Part shown: piece by piece, positions 1 to 13,574 of the stretch
Numbering within the stretch: the first letter of the stretch is position 1
Layout of the letters: each line of letters starts with the position of its first letter
Assembly: GCA_964035545.1 (NCBI GenBank)
Contig: OZ037767.1
Location: forward strand, 21,840,628-21,904,627
Origin: Bugula neritina
Taxonomy: Eukaryota; Animalia; Bryozoa
Direction: 5' to 3'
DNA: 64,000 nt
Made by a program: the position numbers and the translations under genes
The notes under the pieces: model-generated
Databases searched by the model: none
Told to the model about the DNA's origin: nothing
Seen by the model: the letters and a program-made list of their open reading frames with translations, nothing else

Positions 1-2525
1 TATATAATATTACGTGTGTATTATGTGTGGAATTATATGTATGTATATTGTATAGTATTATATTATATGTATTTGTATAATATGTAGGTCTATATGTATA
101 TGATGTTATGTTTGTATATTATTACATATGTGTATTGTGTGTGAAATAATATGTATGTATGTTATTATATTATATATGTTTAGATATACATGATGCATGT
201 TATAATCATGTTTATGTGCTATGGGTGTTATAATATGTGCTTATTGTGTGTATTGTGTGTTTATGAGATGGAAAGCATTGAGGTGTTTCTTTAATTGAAG
301 TTTAGACCCAAAAGTTGTTAAGTTTCAGAAATTGACATCATTTGAATTTTATTGCTCTAGCTTAATTTTTCAAATCATATTTCTCTTTCAAGTTTTGTAG
401 TTGAACATAAAAGCAAGCGCTACTGACTACTGCTAGAGCCAAGTGTAGGGCTGCATGTGTGTATTTTTTTAATGTCATTTTATCTCCAGCTCTCACTACT
501 TAGGCAAATTGATTACTCCATTTTATATTTCAATGTGTAAATATATTTCAAGAAGCACAACATACATATGTGGCAATACTTTAAGAATTAGATACTGCAT
601 TTAATCCTTACTGTAATTATTTGTTTCATGTCCATTAACAAACTAATTGAGGTGTTTAACTGTATAAGATGTCTATCATATACCAGGCAATTGTGTTGTA
701 CATTGACTCTGTAGCACGCAATGTCAACATTACCTTTACATAAGAATTATATACATAGACAAGCATAGGGACACTGTTCTATGAATACAATAAAACAAAA
801 CTAGCTGCATGTCTTGAAGAAAGTATGTCAAGCTTTAGCTGTTTATGCAATTAAAGTAACTAAACCTTGAGTTGTTTTGCTTTAAGGGAAAATAATTTAA
901 GTTCTACAATTCCAGTATTACTAAGTGACCCACAGATACAAGTTTTCATGCATGCAACTCAAATAGTTATTTGTCTTTTTGTTACAATTTAAAAAGAAAG
1001 TTCGCTATAAAAAGAAATCATGATAATTCAATTGTTTATACAAAAACTAAAGTGAATGCAAATTAGATAACCTTAGGTACAATGACATACATCAAATATT
1101 TAATTATCTTATGTTCACAAATGCTGCATAAATTAGAATACATTACGTGCATTACACTGATTACAGACATTTACAAAGCATGCTCACCTAGGTTCAAGCA
1201 TACCTTTAAAGTAGAGATTATATTCAAGTATATGCGTTATATAGTTGTAAATCCTGTCAAGAAAGCACATTCAATCTGTAATGAAGAGGTTTGTCACTGC
1301 CTTCCTACTTATGCAAATACTAGAAAATCCACTCATTGCACACATTGCAATATGTAATGACTCTGTTTAGCTTGGGATCCTATTCTTAGAGTAGTATTTA
1401 GTACTGTTGTGTCCACTTGTTCCACCTTTCCCATTTCAAGTTTTATTTACACCCTTAGTTATACTTACCTTGCCCGCATATATGTGTATGTATAGATCTT
1501 ATTTATTTATGAAATAATTCAAGACTATTCTGTAAAAACTTAACAGTTCAGTCTAATATGCATTTATTTTATTTTATATGTTTTTAGAATAATTACCAAA
1601 GCAATGTTTTACATCAAAATTGCGTAAATATTATGAGAAGTTAAAACAAATGTACTTTCAGTACAAGAAAAGTTCTGCTATTTAACTGTAAACTTTGAAA
1701 GCCTAGAGTATATCTTCTTGCAAGTTGACAACACCTTCCAGGTGTTCTGAGTGGCCAATGCTGTAATAATTGTTACTTCTTGTTGTACAGTGATTTGCAA
1801 TCAGGAAAAATTACTAGAAAAATCAGTTAAACCATTTTGAGTCTTTGAGACCTTTTCACTCATACGTAAAAGAGATTTGCCCTATCAAAAATAGTCCTTG
1901 TAATATTATGTTATGCTTTAAAGCTTCTTAAAATGTGTGAAAATAGCAGCGGCTGCAAGATTTAAATAAACTTGCTGCAAACGATAACAAGTTTATTCTA
2001 ACATAAATCAAAAATAAACATCATTGAAATTGCAGTATACCAGTAGCCTGGATATTAAGTTTCAAGCATTAAGCTTTATTTTTAACTTTGTTTACTCTTG
2101 CAAAAAATTATTGTTTTCTACATACATTTCACTACACATTTATGTTGTCATTATTGTTGATATAATTGAAACTTGACTTTCCTGTATCTTGAAACTATTA
2201 CCGGCTAAAATCAAGGCACCAATCAATAGAATAGTAATAATGCAGGGAAAAAGCAATACTGTTGAGTGGTTGCTTTAACATGAAGAAGTTTTCAAAATCA
2301 TTAAGCTAAAGTGGCTTTTACGTTATTCATAGTACGTTAATCATTGAGATGCTCACATCTTTGGTGTAGCTGCAATTATTTGATAATTGATTTAATAGTC
2401 AAATCATTTGAACGTCAAATTGATTTTCTTATTATTTCTTTTTGCTTTTAGTAAGTATAGTACAATTTATAATCTTGAAGAAAAACTCTGGGCTGCAGTT
2501 AAGCATACATGTAGCTTGTGTAAAG

Positions 2526-5500
2526 ATGACTGAACTTGAGTTGAACATGCCCCAACCAGATGATCCCATGCTGGTTCAATCAGAGTCAAAAGCAAATGGA
2601 GATGCAGTGGGCACCATGTTTGGGAAGAACCGGAAGATTCCACCTGGTGCACAATCGGTAAAGTACTTTTAAGACTTTGTTTGTATTTCTAGCGTGTTTC
2701 AGTGCCCTAGCTTAATCAAACATCTGCTCATTTTTAGCACTTCATCTCCATGCTGAATATATCATGCTTTTGACTTCTTAAAATTCTAAACTTTAATCTT
2801 GCAAAATTTAATTTCATTGATTTGCTTGCTCTTTTGAGTCCTTGTAACAAGTGAGGAATAATCTTTTGCCATTAAGTCTAAAGATAAAAAGAAAGAAGTG
2901 TCTCTATATAATTTGTTCTTTTTAATGTTTGTATTAAAACTATCAGATCAAACCTCAATTTGACTTTCTTTACAAGTGGAATCAAATATTTGATTTAATG
3001 TTGCAGTAGCATTAAAAATAGTTACAGAAAAGCTTAAAAATGTATGTTTAATACATTTACAGGTTGAAATAGTCACAGATAAATATCTAAATTTATAAAT
3101 ATAAAAAAATCATGAAATATTACTCAATAACATTTATTGACAAAATCATTATTCATAAACATATACAATGTATAGTGTCTAAACTGGTCGAAGAAAAACC
3201 TGCTGCTCCTGATGACCATCGCTGCCGTAGCCTTAGCTCTCCTGTTGGGATTCACAATACGATTAGTCGAACCCTCAGCTAAAGCTGTGAAACTCATTAA
3301 ATTTCCCGGAGATTTGTTGATACGAGCCTTGAAGATGCTGATTATACCTTTGGTGGTATCAAGTCTTATTTCAGGTGTGAACTGCAGTAAACTTTATTGT
3401 AAGGTCCTAAAGCTTTTGTTAGCAAACATCTTCTGTAAGGAAAATAGTATAGTACACTGCATTTAAGACTTACAGTATTTTACATGATGAAAACTAATAG
3501 ATTTTAAGGTGTCTCCTTTTTTTCATGTATGAAATGTCTGTTTTAGTTATAAATCATGCATTGCCATCTCTTTTCATAACTTTACTACAACATTTCAGAA
3601 TTACTATAACATACTTGCTATATTAGTATAATGTTTACTATACAGTGTATTCTATACTCAATATAATATTGAAGTGCTACAATATTTACTACATTACTAA
3701 ATTTATTACATATAATCATTATAATATTACTCCATTTCCCTCTACACAGCTGTTTAAGTGGAGTAGAATAAAGCACCTAGTCAGTCATTTAAATTTTGAA
3801 TAGAAATTTCAAATGAATGGGATCTATAGCTATGCATCATAAATGGCAGAATGAATTTATTGTCTAATCTAAATAACATTCTGCAAAATCTCACACAACA
3901 TAAGCCCAGGAGAGTTACGTGTCCTGTATTCTCTGTATTATACATGTTAAAGAATCCACATGTGTGACCTGTTTATCTGCCAGCTACTTGAATATACCGC
4001 AGTACATTATCCTGTTGCATTATTCAGTGCCTTTGTGCAGTTGATACTTGAAAATATTTCATAGCCGTTTGGCTTTGAGTGCGTTGAGAAGTTCTTTAAC
4101 CAGCTTTCCATGTGATGAGTCTATAAGTGCAATGCTGCCATACATATTGCACATAGAATGGTTTGTCATTGATTCTTCCAGCATGCATAAACTGCACCGA
4201 CTGATTTGGCAATTTTATATAAAATAAATCACTATAGTTTATTGATCACTTGCAACAGGCACACATGCACGCACACACGCACACACGCACACACGCACAC
4301 ACGCACACACGCACACACGCACACACGCACACACGCACAAACGCACACACGCACACACGCACACACACACACGCGCACACACACACACACACGCACACAC
4401 ACACACACTATATTGTTCTTATAAAGTAATTTTATAGCATAGATAAATGTGATATACATTCGTTCGCTGTGTAATGACCAACACGCTTTATTTAACAGGT
4501 ATTGCGAAACTAAACCCCAGGTCTTGTGGGAAGATGGGAGGGAAGGCATTGCTCTACTACTTCAGCACCACACTTATAGCTATCGTCATCGGCATAGTGC
4601 TCGTTGTCGCCATACACCCAGGTAATCTCAACTTAGACTCTAAATTCAAATACCATGTATTGCAGTAACTTATTGCGATGGGTATTATACTTCATACTCA
4701 TAGATGTAATGTATGAACTGTGAGATAGCTATGAGCTCACCCACAGGAACTATTTAAGTAGCTATTGTTTTATATTTAAATTTCATGTTCAAGTTGTGAC
4801 TATATGCTCTTAATTTTAAAGTACAGAAAATTTTGCAAATGAATTTTCTTGATGAGACCTGAAGGTATCTTTTGTAATGCAGCAGGTACTAGAGATGTCA
4901 GTGTATCAACAATATAAGCTGTAGACCAGGTATATTCTATGTCTCATGCTTTATAAGTCGGTAATTAACTGATTTAGTAAATTCAATCAATAGGAAATGG
5001 GCCATTTTACTTAATTTAGTATACACTGGAAATCTCCAGTTTTTAGCTATTTTTTTACAATTTAGCTGCTAATGAACATGGGATTTTGCCCACAACTAGT
5101 AAAATATCAATAAATATCCCTAAATAATCAAGGCTCTTCTTAATTTTGCTTGAATTCTCATGTTCTTTTTCTATTTATTTAGCTAATTTTGATTGCAGAC
5201 CGTTACAAAAAAACCAAAAACCAAAAATCAATCGAAAGCAGTTGAATAATTGAGAAAAAACATGGGAAATCAAGCAAAATTAAAAAAACCTTGATTATTT
5301 AGGTGTATTTATTTATATTTTACTAGTTTTGGGCAAAACCCCATGTTTATTAGCAGCTATATTGTTAAAGATAGCTACATGTAAAAACTGGAGATTTCAA
5401 GTGTGTACTAAATTAAGGAAAATGACTTAAGTGCAGAATGCTTAAGAATTGGTACAACCAAGAAGCAGAGTTATGAGACCGCTGTGGTTGGGGGGAGGGC

Positions 5501-8500
5501 ACGGTTATGGAGGTGGGGTTAGAAGGAGGAGAGGAAGTTGTGCAGCAAATGCTAAAAGTGCTGTATAATATTTGCTAGTAACATAATATGTTGGTTATTA
5601 TAATGTAAAAAGATGTTGGCTTTTAGTTACCTGAATTCATATTGTTAAGCTCCACATTTAGGTTTGGAACAAAATTGCTTTACTATGAAATGACGAACTT
5701 GTTATTTTAAAAATAGAATGAATGCTATTTAAAAACACATATAACTATTTCCAAATCAATAGAATAGAGCTAGCATAGATTTCATTGCCCATTGCATAGG
5801 TCTTTAAAAAAAATCATTATATCATTTTTATTAAAGTTGAGACATTTAAACAGGTGGCTTCAAAGCAAGCATAACCTGAACTTGTATTTCTAAACTAAAT
5901 GACATAATTTTGTTCTTTTAATAAATTTGAATTACAGAAAATTCTGAAATTATTATGGTTTTAGCAGGTAGCTCGGTCAAGTTACTGCAGATATTTTTAA
6001 CAATTTATTATAAAAATAGATAAATATCAACATTTTTACAATGTGAAAATGAGAATTACATTAATTTATGTGTTATTATAGCCTAAATAAATACAATCTT
6101 TCAAATGTCTTTTTTTCAAAATTTTACCATAACATTTTATTTCTGAACTCATTTTTTATGAATAAAAAATATGTGTTTCTCATATATAACGTGACTATTA
6201 AACTATGCACTTGTGTCTTATTGAAATAAGTTGACAAAGCTAAAACGTTGACCAATATTCAATTTCTATCCATAAGTTGTACACAATTGAGCTACAATTT
6301 CTAATGCAAGTTGTTGCTACTTCACATTGACATCTTTATGCTATATAGGTAAACCTTCATTGAAAGAGTTATCTGGAATACCTGAAGAGGATGTTGACAA
6401 AGGACGAATCAATACTCTTGATGCATTTCTCGACCTAATTAGGTAGATTTTATACAATTTCATACAATTGCTAAAAGCACTTGGGGTATGTTAACACTAT
6501 TTTTGACATCATTAGAAATTTCAGATGTCAAAATGATTCTTTCGAACTCAAAATTTTTTTTCAATCATATGCAGGTTAATGAGAAGACAGATTTTCTTAC
6601 ACTCTCTCTGATGGCGAGTTCGCAATATAGTTATTCTATTGAAATCAAAATAGACAACAATAAATCAGCTAAAAATTAGATATACTCATGAACGTTACTT
6701 GCACACACTTATGCTAGGGTTATAGAAAAGCAGGTCTCTAAACACCTCACAAAGCGTTGATTTGTGATCCATCGGTTGCAAATAGAGTTCGCTAAGGATA
6801 CAGGAAGTGGCTTGAATAGAAGCAGTGAATGTATTTGTACTAGAGCTCTACACAACGTAATCTATCAAGTCTATGGCTAGCATCAGCGTTTCTCTTTGAC
6901 TCTTTCACATCAAACCTTGTAAATCGCATGCATTAACTTGCTTCCTTTCAGACAGGAAATTTGATTTTTGTTTTAATTCAAACAGTTAACGATCTTCTGC
7001 AACTCTTACATACTAATAATAATAGACAAAGTAACAGTATATTTTCAACAAATATTTGATTTGTTTAGACCACTTCAATAGATTATGTCAGCTTAGCACT
7101 GCTTGTGAACATGCATGATCTTACAGCCTTGTGTGTGTAACATGTACACTTCAGGCTGGCTATAGCTGAGGGCGGCCAGTAAAAATGGCACTGGTTAAAT
7201 TGACAGAAAAATAAAAATAAATAAAAATGGCACATTTTCAACATTGAGGTTTGGGGTTTGGGTTTAGGGTTTGGACAAATTTGAAATCAGTGTGTCGTTT
7301 TTACCTGCTGTTCCATTTGGGCCTACAATCAACCAGGCAGGTGTAGTTGGTAACTAACAAATGTTAAATGTATGAAATACATTGTGAATATGATATGATA
7401 TTATATTATAATATAGCGTAACATAATATAGCTTGCTATAGATATGAATACGATGCAATATAACATTAAAAAACAATATAATATGACATAACATATATTG
7501 GGTTACAGTAATCATTTTACAAGGGTTTTGGCAATCACTTTATAAACATTGATAGGCTATGTAAGAGGCATGTTGTGTAAGTCTTTTTAATTATTTAGTA
7601 GTAGTGAAAGTAAGTAAAACTCAATAGCTTTTGCTATTGATTTCTTACAGAAGTGATTACCTTATTTTTATTTAAAACTGCTCTGTTTTAAAGTAGAATA
7701 GTAACCATTGTTATCTTGTATTTATGTTATACCAAAATATATTTATTTTCTTTAAAATTAGCTTATTATGTAGTTGAAAAGTTTATATTTTATATTTGAA
7801 CCTCAAAACTAATTTGGAAACACATTCAACTGACTGATGCTTTAGATTAGATGTTCATTTAGATTTTAGTAAGTATTAATATTCTATAGTAAGTTGAAAT
7901 GTTGTACAAAAAAGTTATATCATAATTTTCCAGAAACCTCTTTCCAGACAACCTGGTGGCTGCCTGCTTTAGACAGACCAAGACTAAATATAAGTATAGA
8001 ATTGTAGAAGAGGTTGTTGAGGTGTACAATGGTACTGGTAACAACACACAAAGTATGTAGTAACAACACACAAAGTATGTAGTAACAACACACAAAGTAT
8101 GTAGTAACAACACACATAGAATGTAGTAACAACACACATAGTATGTAGTAACAACACACATAGTATGTAGCAACAACACACATAGAATGTAGTAACAAAT
8201 AGCATAGTATTTAGTATGTGGTATGTATAGTATGGTGGGTATGTGTAGTGGGATAAAGTGCTGTAATAAGATTAGCAATATGTTAGTTTTATATTATAAA
8301 CTTGATAACTACTTTAAAAAATTTAATTTAAATGTCATTTATTAAGACAATATCAAGTGAAGTGAAATATAAGTCATGCCAAGTCAAGTATCTGTTGATG
8401 ATTGTCATACACCTTCAATGATAGCTATAGATATAGAGTGTAGAACGACCAGTAATGATTGCCGCCAGGCTTGTTTTAGATGATTCAGCAGTGATCGTCA

Positions 8501-11500
8501 CCACGGAAACTAAGGAGCCCTATGACAGCTATCAAACAAATATTGAAGGCATCAATGTCTTAGGCAAGTTACACTTTAATGTAAGATGTTTGTAGGGTTT
8601 AACAGGAAACCCTGCCACTGAAAAGTTAACATCACCTAAATTTTAAGTTTTCTGTAGCGACTATAATATGCATCTCTAGGTCGTAGATACTTGAAAAATG
8701 TTCGTAACCAACCAATTTGAAAAAAGCCTGTGTTCTATATGATAAATTTAGCAAAATAATTAGCTACTCGTAAAACTTTAAATTGATGCTTTAAATCAAA
8801 ATTAAAAAGCTATTGAAATACCTTCATTACTGCGTCTAGATGGTTAATGGGCCCCCCTAGTTATAAGCAAGGAGTAGGTTAGTTCGAATAAGTTATAAGA
8901 ACAAACATTTTTGGTTTTCATAAAAAGCACCGATCACTAAAAAATAACATTTCACAACATTGATTTCTATCCAATGTTTAGGCTTATAATCATTAGAAAG
9001 TATATTATATAATAGTGTACCATTTTTATTATACAGGGCTGATCTGTTTTTGCATTGGATTTGGAATTGTCCTCTCACGCCTGAATGAGAAAGCTCCACT
9101 ACTAATCCAGTTCTTTGGTGAGCTGAGTGAGATTGTGATGGCATTAGTCAACCTGATCATGTGGTTAGTTTCATTTAATTTAAACTAATCAGTTCATTAT
9201 AATATCCTTGTTTATACATGATAAATTACTTCATGTTCAATATTCTACAGCAACAAATAGCTTATGTCTATGTTTTAGACATTAATTATAGGAAAATAAT
9301 CAATAACTAATAAAAACAACAACACTAAAATATGAGTTATTAGTTATAACTACTGAAATTTTGTGAATGGTAAGTTATTATTTCAAATGATGGCTTTTGT
9401 GCCCAATTGCTTGTATTGACAAACGTTAAAGCTGATTAACTGCTGTGGTAGGTATTCACCTGTGGGGATCCTGTTCCTTATTATGGGAAACATCTTGGCA
9501 ATTCCTGACCTTGCCAAGGTTGCGCAGACGCTAGGTATGTACATGCTAACTGTATGCGTTGGACTCATTCTACACGGAGGAATTGTACTGCCCCTTATTT
9601 ACTTCATAACAACTCGTAAGAATCCATTCTTGTTTATGAAAGGAGTTTTACAAGCTTGGCTTACAGCTCTTGGGACTGCATCCAGGTCAGTCATATATTT
9701 CAGAAACTTCTGACAGTTAATTCGTAGCCAATTAAAATCTTGATATTATAATACATTATGAATAAATGGATTGCAAAAAAGCATGTATTCTGAGTAACAA
9801 CAACATTTTTGTTTCCATAGAGATAGGATTTGTGTGCAGTTTTGCCAGTTTTAGCAGAAATTTTGTTTCAAAACTCCAGATTTGTGCTGTTTTAAAGTCT
9901 ATCAAATTACATTTAATGTAAACTACAAAAATGCATGTAGTCCTCGAAAAATGCTGAAACAACCAATGATACTTTAGAAAAATCTTCAGCAGAAAAAGTT
10001 ATCTTCTCATGACAATCATGCGCTATACCACAAAATCAAATCAAAACAGCAAATCTTCTTTGTAACTGCTGTAATCTGGCATAGTATGACAAAGCATGCA
10101 GGCATTTAAGAGTTATGCCCTCTCCATTCATTGCACGATATTACATCCTTGAAAATTGCACGTAATGCTTTTTAGACTGTTTCAACGTAATGTAAAAAAT
10201 GAAAGTTTCATTTCATTCTTTGACATGATTTTTTGAGTTATACTTCAACCAATCACTGCTAGCCAATTATTTCCACATTTGCAGCTCAGCTACTTTACCG
10301 GTAACTTTCCGGTGTCTGGAGGAAAACAACCACATAGATAAGAGAGTTACGAGGTTTGTGCTTCCTGTTGGAGCGACAGTAAACATGGATGGCACTGCCT
10401 TATATGAAGCAGTTGGGGCCATATTTATTGCGCAGCTCAATGGAAGAGACTTGGCTTTTGGAGAAATTCTTACCATCAGGTGTGTAGATACGTTGCTACT
10501 TAAATAAATGAAGTTATAATAATTTAATTGATCTGTTATCTATCAAAATATTTGCAGAAATTGAAGGCTGTTGCATGTTTGTTCATGCATATACAAATGT
10601 GTAGAAACACATACACACATATATAATCTGTAAACTGCTTTAGAATTCGTATCACATTAGAGTACATTATTTTACAATTTATTGACCACGTCTTGTCTCT
10701 ACAGTTTAACGGCAACACTAGCTAGTGTAGGGGCAGCGAGTATACCGAGTGCTGGGTTGGTTACCATGGTGATGGTTTTGATTGCTGCGAACCTGCCCCC
10801 AGAAGATATAGGAATACTGTTCACAGTTGACTGGCTTCTGTGAGTCGTAATACAAAAATATACTGTTTTACATTATGTTGTGTTATACTATATTTTTATT
10901 ATAGGCTGTTGCAAAACTTGCATGCCAAAATAATCATGTTCACCGACAGTTAGGAGCAGCAGTGGAAAAATTGAGATATAGCATAAGCTCTTTAATTTTG
11001 TTGTTAAACTTTGGTTTGGAGTGCGGGTTTAAACTCTCATGAGAACATAAATTCTTATAATGCTACATTTCCAATCTAGAACACAGGCTTCTCTCAATTT
11101 CTTCATTACCGCTCCTAGCTTTTCTCAGAGCTGATGTTATGCGGAAGTTTGAAAATATTTTGCTGGGACTCAACAGATCACAATAATACTTCATGTTACA
11201 ATTTGATGTTGAATTTGGCTATTCATGTTCTCAGAAAGTTGCATTAGTGGATGACTATAGGAGGGTGTCTGGGAGGGTGCGACTGTTGATGTCACCATAA
11301 TGGGCACAGCCCACATGCAGTGACAACTCTAAGGCTAGCATAATATGCCGAGTTTTATAAAAGAACAAAAGCTATGAAACAATGTAATAATTATTGATGT
11401 TAATACGTTTGCAGTGACCGATTCCGTACGTCTATTAATGTCCTCGGAGATGCATTTGGAGCGGGAATTGTCTACCATCTTTCTCGAGAAGATTTGGCTA

Positions 11501-11577
11501 GAGAAGATGAGGAAATTGCCAAAGAGCAGCTCTATGAAGTAGCAGTACACGATGACAGTGAAGTCCCTAAGTCTTAG
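2526..11577 (+). CDS. SLC1A2: Excitatory amino acid transporter (SLC1 family, EAAT2-like), 11 coding exons, ~529 aa
   Basis: Exons 2526-2657, 3176-3374, 4499-4621, 6349-6442, 7934-8037, 8480-8563, 9037-9163, 9452-9685, 10285-10479, 10705-10839, 11415-11577 join in frame (1590 nt). SLC1 motifs: [88 protein letters not shown] (EAAT2-type), [16 protein letters not shown] (Arg of acidic-substrate carriers). The symbol means closest type, not proven orthology. Confidence 0.93.
4261..4409. repeat. (CA/CG) compound microsatellite
   Basis: Direct reading. Confidence 0.95.
5001..5426. mobile_element. Fold-back / MITE-like element with ~180-bp imperfect inverted arms
   Basis: cttaatttagtatacactggaaatctccagttttt...cttaattttgcttga mirrors tcaagcaaaattaa...aaaaactggagatttcaagtgtgtactaaattaag. 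Confidence 0.75.
8038..8200 (+). repeat. 22-bp minisatellite starting at the exon 5 donor of the EAAT gene
   Basis: gtaacaacacaca(a/t)ag(t/a)atgta, about 7 units. Confidence 0.9.
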
Positions 11578-13574
11578 GTATTTCATGTGAACCTACAGGA
11601 TTTACCCAATATATTAGCATTATTACAATCCACCCAAATCTTGGTATAATATTGTACATAAACACTGCTTTAGTGAAATTGTCAACAGGAGTTTTCACTT
11701 CATCATTTCAAGAAATTTTCCCTATACTATAAAACATGCGATACTTGAAAAAACACTGTTAACTATTTTTGTTCCATAACTTGTGATATATGACAGGCTC
11801 TCAATAATATATGAAGTGTACATTTATCAGAATCATAGTAAAGTATAGTTATTTATTGATATAGTAGCCTATCATATTAGAGCTTTCACATTATATTATT
11901 TTATTTATATATGCTGTGTGTTTATTTTAGCGTCAAATTAATTTATTTTGTAAATGTTCACAATTTATGAAAAACAGGTTTTTACATGTTTGAAAGCTAC
12001 AAAAGATTTCCTAAAAGTTCATTGTTGAGTTTTTTGGGTCAAACTATAAGTTTGTTTAACTATTATTGCACACAGCACTTGGCTAGGTCAGTTTGCACAA
12101 CAACTATAAATTTTGCATGCATGTGTACAAAATAGCTTTTCACCAATAATCAACCAGTCTTCACAGTTTCTCATGACTGGTCAAATATAGTCTGTGTCAT
12201 AAGTTGTTGTATTCAACAGTTTTATAATAGAGTAAAAAATATATATTTTAATGTATTTATCAATTACTGTTTTACATGTAAGGCATAATTTCAGACATAA
12301 TTTTGTCAAAACTGCTACAAACTTAATTTATCATTATAGCAATAATGTTATGGCATGTTGTTTACATTTGACATAACTTTCCTGAGATTGATTTGTTTAT
12401 AATATTATGTATATGTTACTTTAAGAATATTGCTGTATGTTCTTTTGGTTATATAAATGTCTTTATAATGTTTATTTTTACTATTTATTATGCTAACCAT
12501 TAGTGAATGCCAATTGTTCATTGAAAGAATATTATATTTCTGATTCTAAAGAAAAGAAAATTGGCTAATGCATGTGTATTGATTAAGTGGTAGTGGTGAA
12601 TATTTATAGTATTGTATATGTTGTTTCTGCTGTAGTATACAAATCTATGTGTTTAAATAAAGTACTTTATTATAAGAAAGTTAACATTTTTAGCTGCCTT
12701 TTGTTTACTAAAGTAGTTATAAATGCACATACATAACTTTTAAAGCAGTTTGCACATGTTTTCTTTTATATTTCATTGAGTGACTAATCCTTTCTTGCTA
12801 GTAGCAATCAGTATCATGACTTCAAAATGAACCAAAATATTAGCTCTTGACATTTTATACTTTGTGAATTAGCGGAAATTACCTCAATTTTTGCACTTTT
12901 ATTTCCATATCTATTTAATTCTTACATACTTGTTTAATCTTATAGGATTTTATATAATTTCCTACATAAATTTCTAGTCAAAAAATATTTTTAAGTTTAC
13001 AAGGAAAATAATGAAGTTGGTAATGCTTAATTTGTGAATTTCCACGATGCTCACACATCAGATATAATTTAGGTTATATAACTGCTACTTTATATATTAT
13101 GAGAAGACGACAGCATATTACAAGTCACATTTCCAACAGCTGAACGCCAACTTTTAAAAAAATAATGTCTTAGATATTAAATAAATCCTCCTATTGCCTA
13201 CCATTTACTATTAAAAGCCAAAGTTTATCTTTGTGGTACAACAAATTTATTAAGCAAAGCAGTTGAACTAAAGTTATATGTAAATTGTAGTAAATTGCTT
13301 AAAAACACTCATAGATGAGAGTGACCTGTCATAATTTATTCTAACAACACGCGCAAACCACTACGTCATTTAAAAATAACAACAAAAAGTGTAACACGAA
13401 ACACCATGCGGTAAAAAATTTAACACGCTTACTAGAACAGTTTATGACAAAAAACATTTAAGTATATTAATACAATGCATAAGCACAACCAAGACTTTAA
13501 TTACACATTTGGCCATATATCAAAGCCTATTCACTCACTGGGCAAAAACTGTTTCTTTATTTTGGAGTTTTTTA

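Noticed and set aside
7248-7275. Interstitial telomere (ggggtttggggtttagggttt)
   Set aside because: A few degenerate units inside a MITE-like repeat that recurs at ~43860.
7859-8278. Cys-rich repeat ORFs on the minus strand ([12 protein letters not shown])
   Set aside because: Antisense translation of the intronic 22-bp minisatellite and EAAT exon 5.
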